A stretch of DNA of 63,965 nucleotides, the filler included, from Octopus bimaculoides (Eukaryota), in assembly GCF_001194135.2 (NCBI RefSeq). It is 5 parts of 5 records of this genome, joined end to end, with 100 filler letters (N's around TTAATTAATTAA, not from the genome) between each part and the next. Parts side by side here need not be neighbours in the genome. Positions count along the whole stretch, not along the records: positions 1 to 22,302 come from NC_068985.1; 4 more parts are not named here. One strand, written 5' to 3'. Positions 12,697 through 22,358 of the stretch are shown one piece after another (the stretch's first letter is position 1; each line of letters opens with the position of its first letter). Position numbers and translations under genes: made by a program. The notes beneath the pieces are model-generated. The model made no database searches, was not told where the DNA came from, and worked only from the letters and a program-made list of their open reading frames with translations.

Positions 12697-14507
12697 NNNN
12701 NNNNNNNNNNNNNNNNNNNNNNNNNNNNNNNNNNNNNNNNNNNNNNNNNNNNNNNNNNNNNNNNNNNNNNNNNNNNNNNNNNNNNNNNNNNNNNNNNNNN
12801 NNNNNNNNNNNNNNNNNNNNNNNNNNNNNNNNNNNNNNNNNNNNNNNNNNNNNNNNNNNNNNNNNNNNNNNNNNNNNNNNNNNNNNNNNNNNNNNNNNNN
12901 NNNNNNNNNNNNNNNNNNNNNNNNNNNNNNNNNNNNNNNNNNNNNNNNNNNNNNNNNNNNNNNNNNNNNNNNNNNNNNNNNNNNNNNNNNNNNNNNNNNN
13001 NNNNNNNNNNNNNNNNNNNNNNNNNNNNNNNNNNNNNNNNNNNNNNNNNNNNNNNNNNNNNNNNNNNNNNNNNNNTATATATACATTATATATTTACATA
13101 TATATTCGCATATATATATGTGTGTGTGTGTGTGAGTGTGTGTGTGTGTGTGTGTGTGCGTCCATTTCTTTCACTCTCTACCACTTTTGCTCTCTACCTC
13201 TCTCTTTCTTTCTTAATCTTTCTCTCTCCTTCTCGCTTTCTCTCTCTCACTGACTATTCTTCTTTGTGATTGATTCCCCCGATGCGTTTCTCTTTCTTCT
13301 GATGAAAGACAAACGTCCGAAACGTTAACACTCATTTGTCTCATTAAAGCTTATAACTAATATAGTATTGGTAAGTCTTGTCTTGCCCACAATAGTACAA
13401 TAAACAAAACTAAAAAACTTACTTGTAGGCTCGATTGGCTCCCTTGAGTGCAATCCTTTTGATGGAGTGTATTCATCTCGAACCCCCGATGGTATGTTAG
13501 TGACATCTGGAACATGTTCTGGAAGGGCTGAAATATCTGGAATTCCTTCTGCTGTATTCCAAATACCGGGAACGCCTGAAAGTGGAAAATGAGAAATTAA
13601 AACAGCTTTTCGAGAAAAGACATTATCTTATAACCAACTCTTGATCTCAAATGTTAAGGGGTATCATTAAAAACAATCCATGAGTATTGATGCAGTTGAT
13701 GGCGGCGGCGGCGGTGGTGGTAGCGGTGGCGGCGGTGGTTGTGGTTTTATTATTACTTAACAGTAAAGTAGCGCAGTGGTGTTCACCAGTCATTTAATAT
13801 ATAGATTATTGGGTAATAGGAAACACACTCGTGGTGCTCGGATTATTGTCTTGGACTAATCCTATAGGAAGCCTCGAATTCAAATCCGTAAAGCAACAGA
13901 CTACTCCAGGATATACGGCGAATACCACATGGCATTCGTCACGTGCTATTTAGTACCATACATTTAAGCCTTGTGTTCAAATTCTACCTAGGCCATTTAT
14001 TTTTTTAAAATTGACTTGCCTTGATAAAATAAATTCCATATCAGGCCCTTGGATCGATTGATTCGACAGCACTTTTCTAAATCTTGCAGTTCTTGTGGTA
14101 CCAAAACCGAAACTCATTGATGTAGTACTCAGAAAATATTTCTGTGTGGTTAAAAAGTTTGCTTCCCAGCTATGTAGTTTGGGGTTCAGTTTCACTGTGC
14201 GTCATCTTGGACAAATGCCTTCTCACCCTGGGCCGCCCAAGGATTTGTCGGTAAATTTAATAGACAGAAATTAAGAGAAATCACTCGTATATATATATAT
14301 ATGTGTGTGTGTGTATATGTATGTATGTGTGTATGTATATGTATGTACGTATGTATGTATATATAATTTCATAACGTACCTGAAGAGCGCAGAGTTGCAT
14401 AGACGGACTGTTATGTAACACTCCGTTGAACGCCTAGTGCGAAACCGATTGGTAAGATCAGCCGTAATGGATGTATAATACTGTACACTTCAATTTATAT
14501 ATATGTA

Positions 14508-14547
<40 letters not shown>

Positions 14548-17500
14548 TTTACAAAATGGAACAAGAACGCAACAGACGACAATAAAACATCCGGACAGAG
14601 AGACGATACAAAGACGGACAGAAAAAAAACAAAAAAAAAATAGGCGGCCAGGAAAAACAAGGACGAGTCATTCGCACTCCTTTCTGATGAAGAGCGTAGG
14701 TTCGAAATGTAAAAGACCTTCTCACCTTCCCGAGCGTTAAACTAATACACGTGTTTGTTGTTTGTACACCTGTCTTCGTCTTTTGTTTTTCTGTAAATTT
14801 CAACTATATATATATATATATATATATACATACACACATACATACATATGTATTTAGACATATATGTGTGCGTGTGTGTGTATGCGTGCGAGTGCGTGTG
14901 TGCAGTAATGGGATCATTTAAATCAGATCAAGACGAATCAACAATGAGGCTCTTTTGTGGGTTTTGGCTAGCCATTTTATTCTGGATATTCCAGGTAATG
15001 TAATCATCCAGATTGTCGTCAATAAGGGGAAATGGGATCAAACTAGTATCAATTATCACTCAAATCAAAGTAAATATCAAAAAATAATAAAATCAAAAAA
15101 GAAGACAGCAAGGATGAAGAGAAAAAATATCTTATAACACTCACTGCCAGCTACGCATTCTTTTAACAGGCCGGCCCATACGGTTCCAATTGGACAAGAT
15201 CTCACAAATAACCATCCATGGACACATTGGTAGAATTGTCTTACGGATCCAGGTTTGCTGTAGTAAGTGTCTTGTAGACATGGTAGACAATCTGTGTCAT
15301 CGTTACCATAGAGACAAAGGGATGATGCTGGAGAAATAGAAGCGGAAACTTGGCGTTATACAGTTATAATCTTTGTGAATATAGAATGTCGTTGATGAAA
15401 CGGTGGTATGAATATCACCTAATCTCTTTCTTCGTGGCTTAAAATTTTAAAGGATGTGTTGAAAACACACAGCTGGTAATATAATACTATATTACATGCA
15501 TATGCAATCACATAAACACACACAGCATTTAAAGTGCGACTGCACTGATTACTTTGAAATGACATGGTTTCAAAGCCGGCTTCTTAACCACAGAGAAATG
15601 AGGGTGTCAAAACCTGTAATACACTTATAATGGATGTTTCGTTAGAGTTGAAATGTAACCAGTTACATATGAATGAAGAAAACAATTAAGAGATTCTCAC
15701 CTCCGTAAACGCATGCTGATAACGTGCTATTCCATATTGTTCCCGAGGGACAATACATGAGGTAGAGCCAACCATTTTTGCAATGATAGAAGTGAGAAAG
15801 AGATGCTGATTTGCTGTGATAACTGTCATTTTCGCATGGTTTACATTTAGGATTATAGACGCCAAAAACACACATCGTCTCTGAAATCAAAATAAGATAT
15901 TTATTATTACTGAATAATAATCCTTTATACTACTGGCACAAGACCAGAAATTTTGGGGCAGGGAATAGTCGATTACATCGACCTCAGTACTAGATAACAG
16001 GCAATATTAGATGTTATATTTTGGAAACCCCGTCACTTTAATAAGAAACGAAGACCAACTCAACTTCATCTATTTTATTGGCAGGTTCATAACATGAAAC
16101 TAAGCATCTAATGGAGAATAAGAATAAGAGATCTCTCGCAGCCTTGTGGGACTCACCTCCGTTACGGTGCCTTGAAGAAGAAGAAGAAGAAGAAGAAGAA
16201 GAAGAAGAAGAAGAAGAAGAAGAAGAAGAAGAAGAAGAAGAAGAAGACAAGGACACACTTTTGACTGTAATTTATATGAAATAGATACAGTGTACTCCTT
16301 TACTTGTTTCAGTGATGGATTGCGAGCATACTGGAGTGCCACCTTGAAGGGCTTAGCCGAACTAAAGTCAAGGCTGAGTCCACTGAATTGCGATCAAAGG
16401 CTTTCTATTTATGACCATCCAATCCTTTTGCTCACGGCCTAATATATTTAGAACTACGGAATCCTTTCTTCTTTTCTCATCTTTTAAGACAGTTGTGTGT
16501 GATATAGGAAAAAGATGAAAATATTTTGCCGCTGTTTTTAGCAGATCGGTGGTAGGACCACATAGTGGGTTCCCCGTTGGCACGTCAACCCCACCTTCAC
16601 ACTTTTCAACAACTAAAGTGAAACAGAATAAAAGTATAATCTTTTCTACTATAGACACAAGGTCCGAAATTTTGGGAAGGGGGCTAGTCGATTAGACCGC
16701 CCCAGTACACAACTGGTACTTAATTTATCAACTCCGAAAGGATGAAAAGCAGAGTCGACCTCAATGGAATTTGAACTCAGGACGTAACGACAGACGAAAT
16801 AAGAATGAAAGTAAAATATAAGCATTAAGGTTTGATGGTTACCAGAAGCACTTTGAACTTGCTGTGTCGGTTGAACATCCAGACTGTCCCTACGTATATT
16901 CAGCTTGTTCTTCCATCGTGACAGAACTAGAAATAAAAAAGCACGTTTTTTTTTTTTAATGTAAAGCATGGAAAAAAAGGAAATATGAAATGTGTATATT
17001 TGTGTTTCGTGGCTTTTCTTAATTGATATCTCCTTATGTTATATCACACTCCTTTGACAGATTCATACTGAGGATGACCTCCATTGCTTCATTCATATAT
17101 TCCTATGGGTATACTAACATAAATCATAACGAAAACTTTATACACTACAAACGCACTATATTCTAGTTTTGAGGAGGAGGAGTAAGAAGGTGGTGGTGGT
17201 GATGGTGAAGGGAGGGAATAGATGATGAAAGAAAAAAGAAAGAAGCAAAGAAANNNNNNNNNNNNNNNNNNNNNNNNNNNNNNNNNNNNNNNNNNNNNNN
17301 NNNNNNNNNNNNNNNNNNNNNNNNNNNNNNNNNNNNNNNNNNNNNNNNNNNNNNNNNNNNNNNNNNNNNNNNNNNNNNNNNNNNNNNNNNNNNNNNNNNN
17401 NNNNNNNNNNNNNNNNNNNNNNNNNNNNNNNNNNNNNNNNNNNNNNNNNNNNNNNNNNNGAACAAGAGAAAGAAAGGAGGAAAAAAGAAAGAAGAAGAAG

Positions 17501-17605
17501 AAGAAGAAGAAGAAGAAGAAGAAGAAGAAGAAGAATGAATGAATGAATGAAGAAAAAGAAGAAGAAGAAGAAGAAGAAGAAGAAGAAGAAGAAGAAGAAG
17601 AAGAA

Positions 17606-17652
<47 letters not shown>

Positions 17653-20600
17653 AGAAGAAGAGTTGTTTTATAATCGAAATTGCTTACAGTCGAAGATGCA
17701 CGTCCTTGTATGTTGGTACCAAATGGTTCCAGATTGACAATATCTTGGCAGTAGTACACCATAAACACATTTGTAATATCTGGTTTGGTCGTTCGGATGC
17801 GAGTAAAATCCACCGGTTACACACGGTTGACATTCCGTCATTAGATTTTCTTTGGAACACAATTTTGACACTGGAAAGTATTAGAAAATATTGGCATCAA
17901 ATTTTAGCACAAGGCCAGTAATTTTGGGGGCAGGAAAAAGTTGTTTACATCGACCCCTAGTGTTCAACTGGTACTTATTTTATCGATTTTGGAAGGGTGA
18001 AATAATGCAAAGTAAAGACGGACGAAATGCAGCTATACATTTTGTTCGGCGTGCTAACGATTCTGCTAGCTTGCCGCCTTAATACTGGAATCAAATTTTG
18101 GCACGAGGCCAGTAATTTCGGGAGTTGGGGCTAAATTGATAAGATCGACTCTAATGCTCAGCTGATACTTATTTTATCGACCCCGAAAGGCAAAGTCGAT
18201 CTCAGCAGCATTTGAACTCAGAACGTAAAGGCAGACGAAATACTGCTAAGCATTTCGCCCGGCGTGCTAACGTTTCTGANNNNNNNNNNNNNNNNNNNNN
18301 NNNNNNNNNNNNNNNNNNNNNNNNNNNNNNNNNNNNNNNNNNNNNNNNNNNNNNNNNNNNNNNNNNNNNNNNNNNNNNNNNNNNNNNNNNNNNNNNNNNN
18401 NNNNNNNNNNNNNNNNNNNNNNNNNNNNNNNNNNNNNNNNNNNNNNNNNNNNNNNNNNNNNNNNNNNNNNNNNNNNNNNNNNNNNNNNNNNNNNNNNNNN
18501 NNNNNNNNNNNNNNNNNNNNNNNNNNNNNNNNNNNNNNNNNNNNNNNNNNNNNNNNNNNNNNNNNNNNNNNNNNNNNNNNNNNNNNNNNNNNNNNNNNNN
18601 NNNNNNNNNAAAGCAAAGTTGACTTCGGTGGAATTTGAACCCAGAACGTAAAGTCGAACGTAATACTACTTGTCGCCGTAATATTAGGAAATATTTTTTC
18701 TACTCTAAGCACAAGGCCCGAAAATTTGGGGGAGGGGGCTAGTCGATTATATCGACCTCAGTACTCAACTGGTACTTAATTTATCGACCACGAAAGGATG
18801 AAAGGCAAAGTCGACCTCGGCGGATTTTGAACTCAGAACGTAAAGGCAGACGAAATACTGCTAAGCATTTCGCCCGGCGTGCTAACGTTTCTGATAGCTC
18901 ACCACCTTTTTTTTAGACTTAATATTGTCCATGCTACATCACCTGACTTGTATTTTATTTTATGTTCATTTTTTTTTAAATTCAATTTTAATTTAATTAT
19001 TCCTTCATTTATTTATTTATCTATTTATTTATCTATTATTGTTTTTAAGCGACAAGGCTACCAGTCAAGTATTGTGATTCATGGTATAGTCTAACCTTCT
19101 CCCTCTAAAATTGTTGACCCAGTGTCAAAATTTGAAGCAATTATTATCATTGCCTCTTGGACGGCAAGGCTGGCAGAATCGTTAAAGCGTTGGACAAAAT
19201 TCCTTTGCGATAGTTCTTCAGACTCTTTACATTCCGAGATCAAATTCCGAGTAAGTCAGCTTTGCCATTCATTCTCTCGGAGTCCATAAGACAAATACCA
19301 GTCGAGCACTGGGGTCGCGCGGTATTCAACCAATTTTCTTCCATTAAAACTGTGACAAAATTTTAAAAGGTTTTCAAATCCTGTCGCGGACAACTTTGCC
19401 TTTAATGCTTTCGGGATCGATAAAATAAGCACCTGTTGAGCACTGAGAGTCAATATAATTGATTGGCTATCTTACCCCAAATTTTGAGACCTCGCGCCTG
19501 TAGTAGAAATAATTATAATTAACATTGCTTTTAGGCTGCAAGGGTTGTAGAATAGTTAGAGGATCGGATGAAATGCCACGTAGGATTTCTTCGGGGGCGT
19601 TTTACGTTCTTAGTTCAAATTACACTGTGATCAGCTCTACCTTTCATACCTCCGGGGTCGATAAAGTAATTTATCAGTCATGTACTGTTTTCGATATCAA
19701 CTGAGACCTACCCCAACACAAAATTCCGTCTTTGTTCCTAAATCATAGTCTAGTTTTTTGTCTTTTTTTTTCTTTTAACATAATAATAATGTTAACTCAC
19801 CGTTTACTGTCGACCGTAGCATTTCATGGATAGAAACTAAAACAAAGAGAAGAGGAACAAGATAAGTAGATTGAGTGAGAGTGTAGTTCTAGAGTATGGA
19901 GTGAAACAACGAGTGAAGTGAAAGATTGAGTGGTGTATTATTTGATGTTTAAAAAAATCATATAATATTTTTATAATTAAATATTATCAGGAATTGCTTT
20001 AAAAAATTGTTAAAATATTTTGTATATTATAGAAGTATAAGCAATTTATTGCAGATAAATTTTAACTCCAAAATCTTATATAGACTCCCAAGTGGCCAAA
20101 TGGACCCACATTAACAACTACTGCTCTAGGCTAATATAAACTTAACAGTACATTGGGATCGTGTTAGTTCATGATTGTTTTCACTGCTAATATCTTGATA
20201 TTAAGTAGACAGTATTTACTAAAACTTATGGAGAACAGATTTCTAGTGTGTCTCTACCAATGACAACAATACAACTGAGGGATCTTCTATTCGGATACGG
20301 AAGTCTCCAAAATATAACATACGATATGACTTGGTGTTCGGTACGATATCAGAGGCCATCAAAGCCTACTCTGCATCGAGCAATAATAGTAACTATAACA
20401 TATTTAGACGTAAAGATGCTACTAAATATTTCGGTTTTAGATGGCGTACCGAACTTGTTCAGGCTGCCCTTCCTTGAACTATGTCAACAAAAATAATTTT
20501 GACTCATCACACCGAGCTAAGAATCAATCAACATGCGGCAATTTTACTGTGCTCTACCCGGTTTAACATTGTTCAGGATTTTTTTTATATATCTAGATCA

Positions 20601-22018
20601 ATCAAGAGTATTGGCTGTTTGAAAGTTAAAACACTTAATCAAGGTCCGTTGCTACACAACACCCAAAGGAGTTTTTGGAACGCCAATTTTTCGGTTTGTA
20701 TGCAGTGGTAAACATTCATAACAAACCCACTCTTTAAATCCAAGTAACTGTTTCAAAAATATTCTTCTAAATATAAGTTTAAAGTGGAGGAGGCTGGAGA
20801 GAAGAAAGAGAAGCTTTCTAATATTAGGTTCGTCTAACAATAGTATATTGGTGTATAGGTGTTGAGTGCAAAGAGTTAGAGATTTCTAGTCTTACCCAAT
20901 CTGCATGCTGTGTTATTCGAACGAAACTTCTCACAAATTATATGACACCTTTGATAAATTTCGCTGTTGGCCGGTTGTCTGAAAATGAAAACATATATCA
21001 TGCCATCCATTACACTAATTACATACATACACACAACACACGCGCACGTGCACGCATATATTTTTTTTTCCGCACGAGTGTAAGTATAAAGAAAATCAGT
21101 TGAAAATGCCCTTGGTGTCTTTAAGAAAATTCATATTCATTTATTTAAGTGGTTTCACAATTTATTGATTTTCGTAAGTAGTGGAAGATGGAAAGTTCTG
21201 CAGCTATGCGCTATTTGTTACAACTCTAAGGAAAATGTCAAAATTCTTTTCTTTTTATGACTAGATTATGGCTCTACTTGCAGTCATCTAAGATACGGTT
21301 TGATTGGTTGAAGATGATCACGAGGCTAGGCATAGAATTCGCTTAGTTCTCTGTCCTCAGTTTTGGGACGACGTAACTGTATGAATGTAATTTCACCAAA
21401 AGATAAGGCTATGTTAATCCACTGAATGTATCATGTGATACTATGAATAACAATTGAGAGTTATGATCTTGCATTAGATCATGTGACGATGTGGAAGACT
21501 TTGGTGCTAAAATCACTAAAATTGCAATTTTTTCCATTTTATCTTTGTTCTGAAAAAAAAACACCGATCAAATACAGAGAGAGATATGATGAAAGAGAAA
21601 TGTTTATTTAACGATACAATTAATGTTTGAATACGCTATAACAACGTACAAAACATACATTCACTCACAACTAAATTACCAAGACCTCACATGATTTTAG
21701 TTCTCAAACACACGCACACAATAACACAGTCAATCTCATATATATATATATATAGATACATATAACTATGTAATATTTTGGACTAATGGGTATGTATCGA
21801 TTAGTGTGTTGAAGTGGCACGGTTTGAACTACCTGGTGTCATCCGCAGTTTGGGTATATTTCCTTCTCTCCCGGTGATTTCATTGCATGCCCAGACACAT
21901 ACCAATGGTATTTAAGCATCGCCACTCTCAGATTTATTGTTTTCACATACGCTAGTTTACCCGAAACTGCGACCCTGGCAGATGCTACAACTCCTGGTTA
22001 GAGCTAAACTGCAGTAAA
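3560..22018 (-). CDS. Gene model A: multi-exon protein with 5 CBM14/peritrophin-A-like domains and a ~1,270-aa Gly-rich repeat; first (ATG) exon not identified
   Basis: join(22018-21961, 20978-20896, 19836-19801, 17870-17688, 16926-16843, 15880-15701, 15327-15145, 13575-13423, 12572-12393, 11492-7557, 5564-5382, 5009-4905, 4232-4170, 3609-3560). All junctions are GT-AG and phase-compatible, total 5,477 nt, with no internal stop on manual translation. The core exons (17870 to 4905) are strong; the terminal small exons are weaker. Confidence 0.8.
4170..4232 (-). CDS. Gene A exon (VNGTFVPVSSNLPKMEAVNPN)
   Basis: Acceptor atatcttccag, donor G|gtagag, 63 bp, phase 1-1, open. Confidence 0.55.
4905..5009 (-). 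CDS. Gene A exon (SNPTWSQNLLERPGQLNRTNGGFQLPAGANDLLAN); absent from ORF track
   Basis: Acceptor cttttcttcctccgtacatttccag, donor G|gtgggt, 105 bp, phase 1-1, open. Confidence 0.8.
5382..5564 (-). CDS. Gene A exon: chitin-binding module 5 (ATQFCVFGVKNPQCRPCRKYTYYSKLGSNKQFYHCNYGVLYVLECPTQTVWNRRLGSCVYE)
   Basis: Acceptor ttttctttcattttaaag, donor T|gtaagt, 183 bp, phase 1-1; Cys spacing x8,x2,x17,x9,x12. Confidence 0.92.
7020..7223 (-). mobile_element. tRNA-derived SINE family A (representative copy)
   Basis: Minus strand ggcggtgagctggcagaaccgttaac...gagttcaaattccaccgccgtcgac. About 20 related copies, e.g. ~16655-16800, 17905-18082, 18098-18279, 18710-18905, 22975-23137, 32987-33280, 46075-46305, 47480-47679, 47845-48050, 49220-49435, 49570-49781, 53535-53915, 58261-58481. 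Confidence 0.85.
7557..11492 (-). CDS. Gene A giant exon: 1,312 codons of Gly/Thr/Ser/Gln-rich decapeptide repeats (consensus ~GGTGGSQGTG)
   Basis: Acceptor ttttcatcttccattttgcag|AT (DELASALRGINAKPENQ...). A codon-by-codon check found no stop from 11490 to 9034, and the ORF track shows the frame open from 9033 to 7552. The track starts at 9033 only because no ATG/GTG/TTG occurs earlier. Donor G|gttaag is weak but phase 1. Confidence 0.88.
11011..11310 (-). repeat. Ten near-identical 30-bp coding repeats (AGGTGGSQGT)
   Basis: Plus-strand unit agtaccctggctaccccctgttcctcctgc in tandem with only scattered single substitutions. Confidence 0.95.
12005..12127 (-). pseudogene. Decayed full-length 5S rRNA copy
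   Basis: Minus strand ctttacggttatgtcacgttaaaagcg...aaattaagcaac...gttactatttagatgggcgatcccttgggaagtttaggcactgtaaac follows the metazoan 5S sequence along its length with many transitions, and is followed by an A-rich tract. Confidence 0.75.
12393..12572 (-). CDS. Gene A exon: chitin-binding module 4 (RTNFCIFGVNQPRCRRCAPGTFYPKLKSTIEFYQCLSGWLFIMECPLNTVWDGESTKCIY)
   Basis: Acceptor ctttctgctatttcag, donor G|gtaagt, 180 bp, phase 1-1. Confidence 0.92.
13423..13575 (-). CDS. Gene A exon: Pro/acidic linker (SVPGIWNTAEGIPDISALPEHVPDVTNIPSGVRDEYTPSKGLHSREPIEPT); absent from ORF track
   Basis: Acceptor tttctcattttccactttcag, donor A|gtaagt, 153 bp, phase 1-1, open. Confidence 0.88.
14376..14458 (+). 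ncRNA. Type I hammerhead-like motif, core intact, stem I disrupted
   Basis: CTGAAGA 14380-14386; stem II GCGC/GTGC with an inner ACGGA/TCCGT hairpin; GAAA 14441-14444; stem III ACC-GATT-GGT; cleavage triplet GTA. The first two stem I pairs mismatch. Confidence 0.55.
14680..14715 (+). ncRNA. Minimal (Penelope-type) hammerhead motif
   Basis: Stem I CTTT/AAAG; CTGATGA plus an inserted A; stem II GAGC-GTAG-GTTC; GAAA-TGT-A. A family member with a mutated core (CTGTTGA) lies at 45645-45680. Confidence 0.65.
15145..15327 (-). CDS. Gene A exon: chitin-binding module 3 (ASSLCLYGNDDTDCLPCLQDTYYSKPGSVRQFYQCVHGWLFVRSCPIGTVWAGLLKECVAG); absent from ORF track
   Basis: Acceptor cttctatttctccag, donor A|gtgagt, 183 bp, phase 1-1, same 6-Cys spacing as the other modules. 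Confidence 0.92.
15701..15880 (-). CDS. Gene A exon: chitin-binding module 2 (ETMCVFGVYNPKCKPCENDSYHSKSASLSHFYHCKNGWLYLMYCPSGTIWNSTLSACVYG)
   Basis: Acceptor cttattttgatttcag, donor G|gtgaga, 180 bp, phase 1-1. Confidence 0.92.
16843..16926 (-). CDS. Gene A exon: linker (FLSRWKNKLNIRRDSLDVQPTQQVQSAS)
   Basis: Acceptor ttttttatttctag, donor G|gtaacc, 84 bp, phase 1-1. It is required: joining 17688 directly to 15880 would create a TAG stop. Confidence 0.85.
17495..17660. repeat. (GAA)n microsatellite (representative of many TA, CA, TATC, GA, GAA and AAT tracts)
   Basis: Direct reading; similar tracts flank most N gaps. Confidence 0.95.
17688..17870 (-). CDS. Gene A exon: chitin-binding module 1 (VSKLCSKENLMTECQPCVTGGFYSHPNDQTRYYKCVYGVLLPRYCQSGTIWYQHTRTCIFD)
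   Basis: Acceptor ttttctaatactttccag, donor T|gtaagc, 183 bp, phase 1-1; G-F-Y-S-H-P...Y-Y-K-C motif typical of CBM14. Confidence 0.92.
19801..19836 (-). CDS. Gene A small exon (VSIHEMLRSTVN)
   Basis: Long polypyrimidine acceptor cttgttcctcttctctttgttttag, donor G|gtgagt, 36 bp, phase 1-1. Confidence 0.6.
20896..20978 (-). CDS. Gene A exon (QPANSEIYQRCHIICEKFRSNNTACRL)
   Basis: Acceptor gttttcattttcag, donor G|gtaaga; open only as phase 2 in, phase 1 out. Confidence 0.6.
21961..22018 (-). CDS. Gene A candidate near-N-terminal exon (VYCSLALTRSCSICQGRSFG), possibly the end of a signal peptide
   Basis: Acceptor ttttgaatgttggccag, donor GG|gtaaac in phase 2, matching the next exon. Nearer acceptors at 22008 and 21993 are possible. 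Confidence 0.5.
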
Positions 22019-22075
22019 CTGGCCAACATTCAAAACACATACATTGAGTATGTGCGGTAGAATATATATGTACAT

Positions 22076-22127
<52 letters not shown>

Positions 22128-22346
22128 AAAAAAGTGTAGGTGGCATACGAGTGGGCATATATTAGTAAAAAAGAAGTTTGAAAGCGCCACTATATAAAAT
22201 AGATTTTAATTTATAATTTCCTCAGAGATATTTTACATGTTTCGGTTCATGACAAAACAAACCTTATCAAAAATACATATTTTTTTTTAAAAATGTAATT
22301 AANNNNNNNNNNNNNNNNNNNNNNNNNNNNNNNNNNNNNNNNNNNN

Positions 22347-22358
22347 TTAATTAATTAA
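22347..22358. other. Assembly spacer TTAATTAATTAA inside an N gap (also 53421-53432, 60323-60334, 62778-62789)
   Basis: The identical 12-mer is centred in four ~100-bp N runs and gives stops in all six frames; artificial. Confidence 0.9.

Noticed and set aside
16368-16658. 96-aa minus-strand ORF with a hydrophobic start (MSIVEKIILLFCFTLVVEKC...)
   Set aside because: It begins inside a SINE tail, lacks splice sites, and lies within a gene A intron whose flanking exons already join in frame.
22347-22358. TTAATTAATTAA palindromes between N runs (four sites)
   Set aside because: Identical 12-mers centred in ~100-bp gaps indicate an artificial scaffolding spacer.
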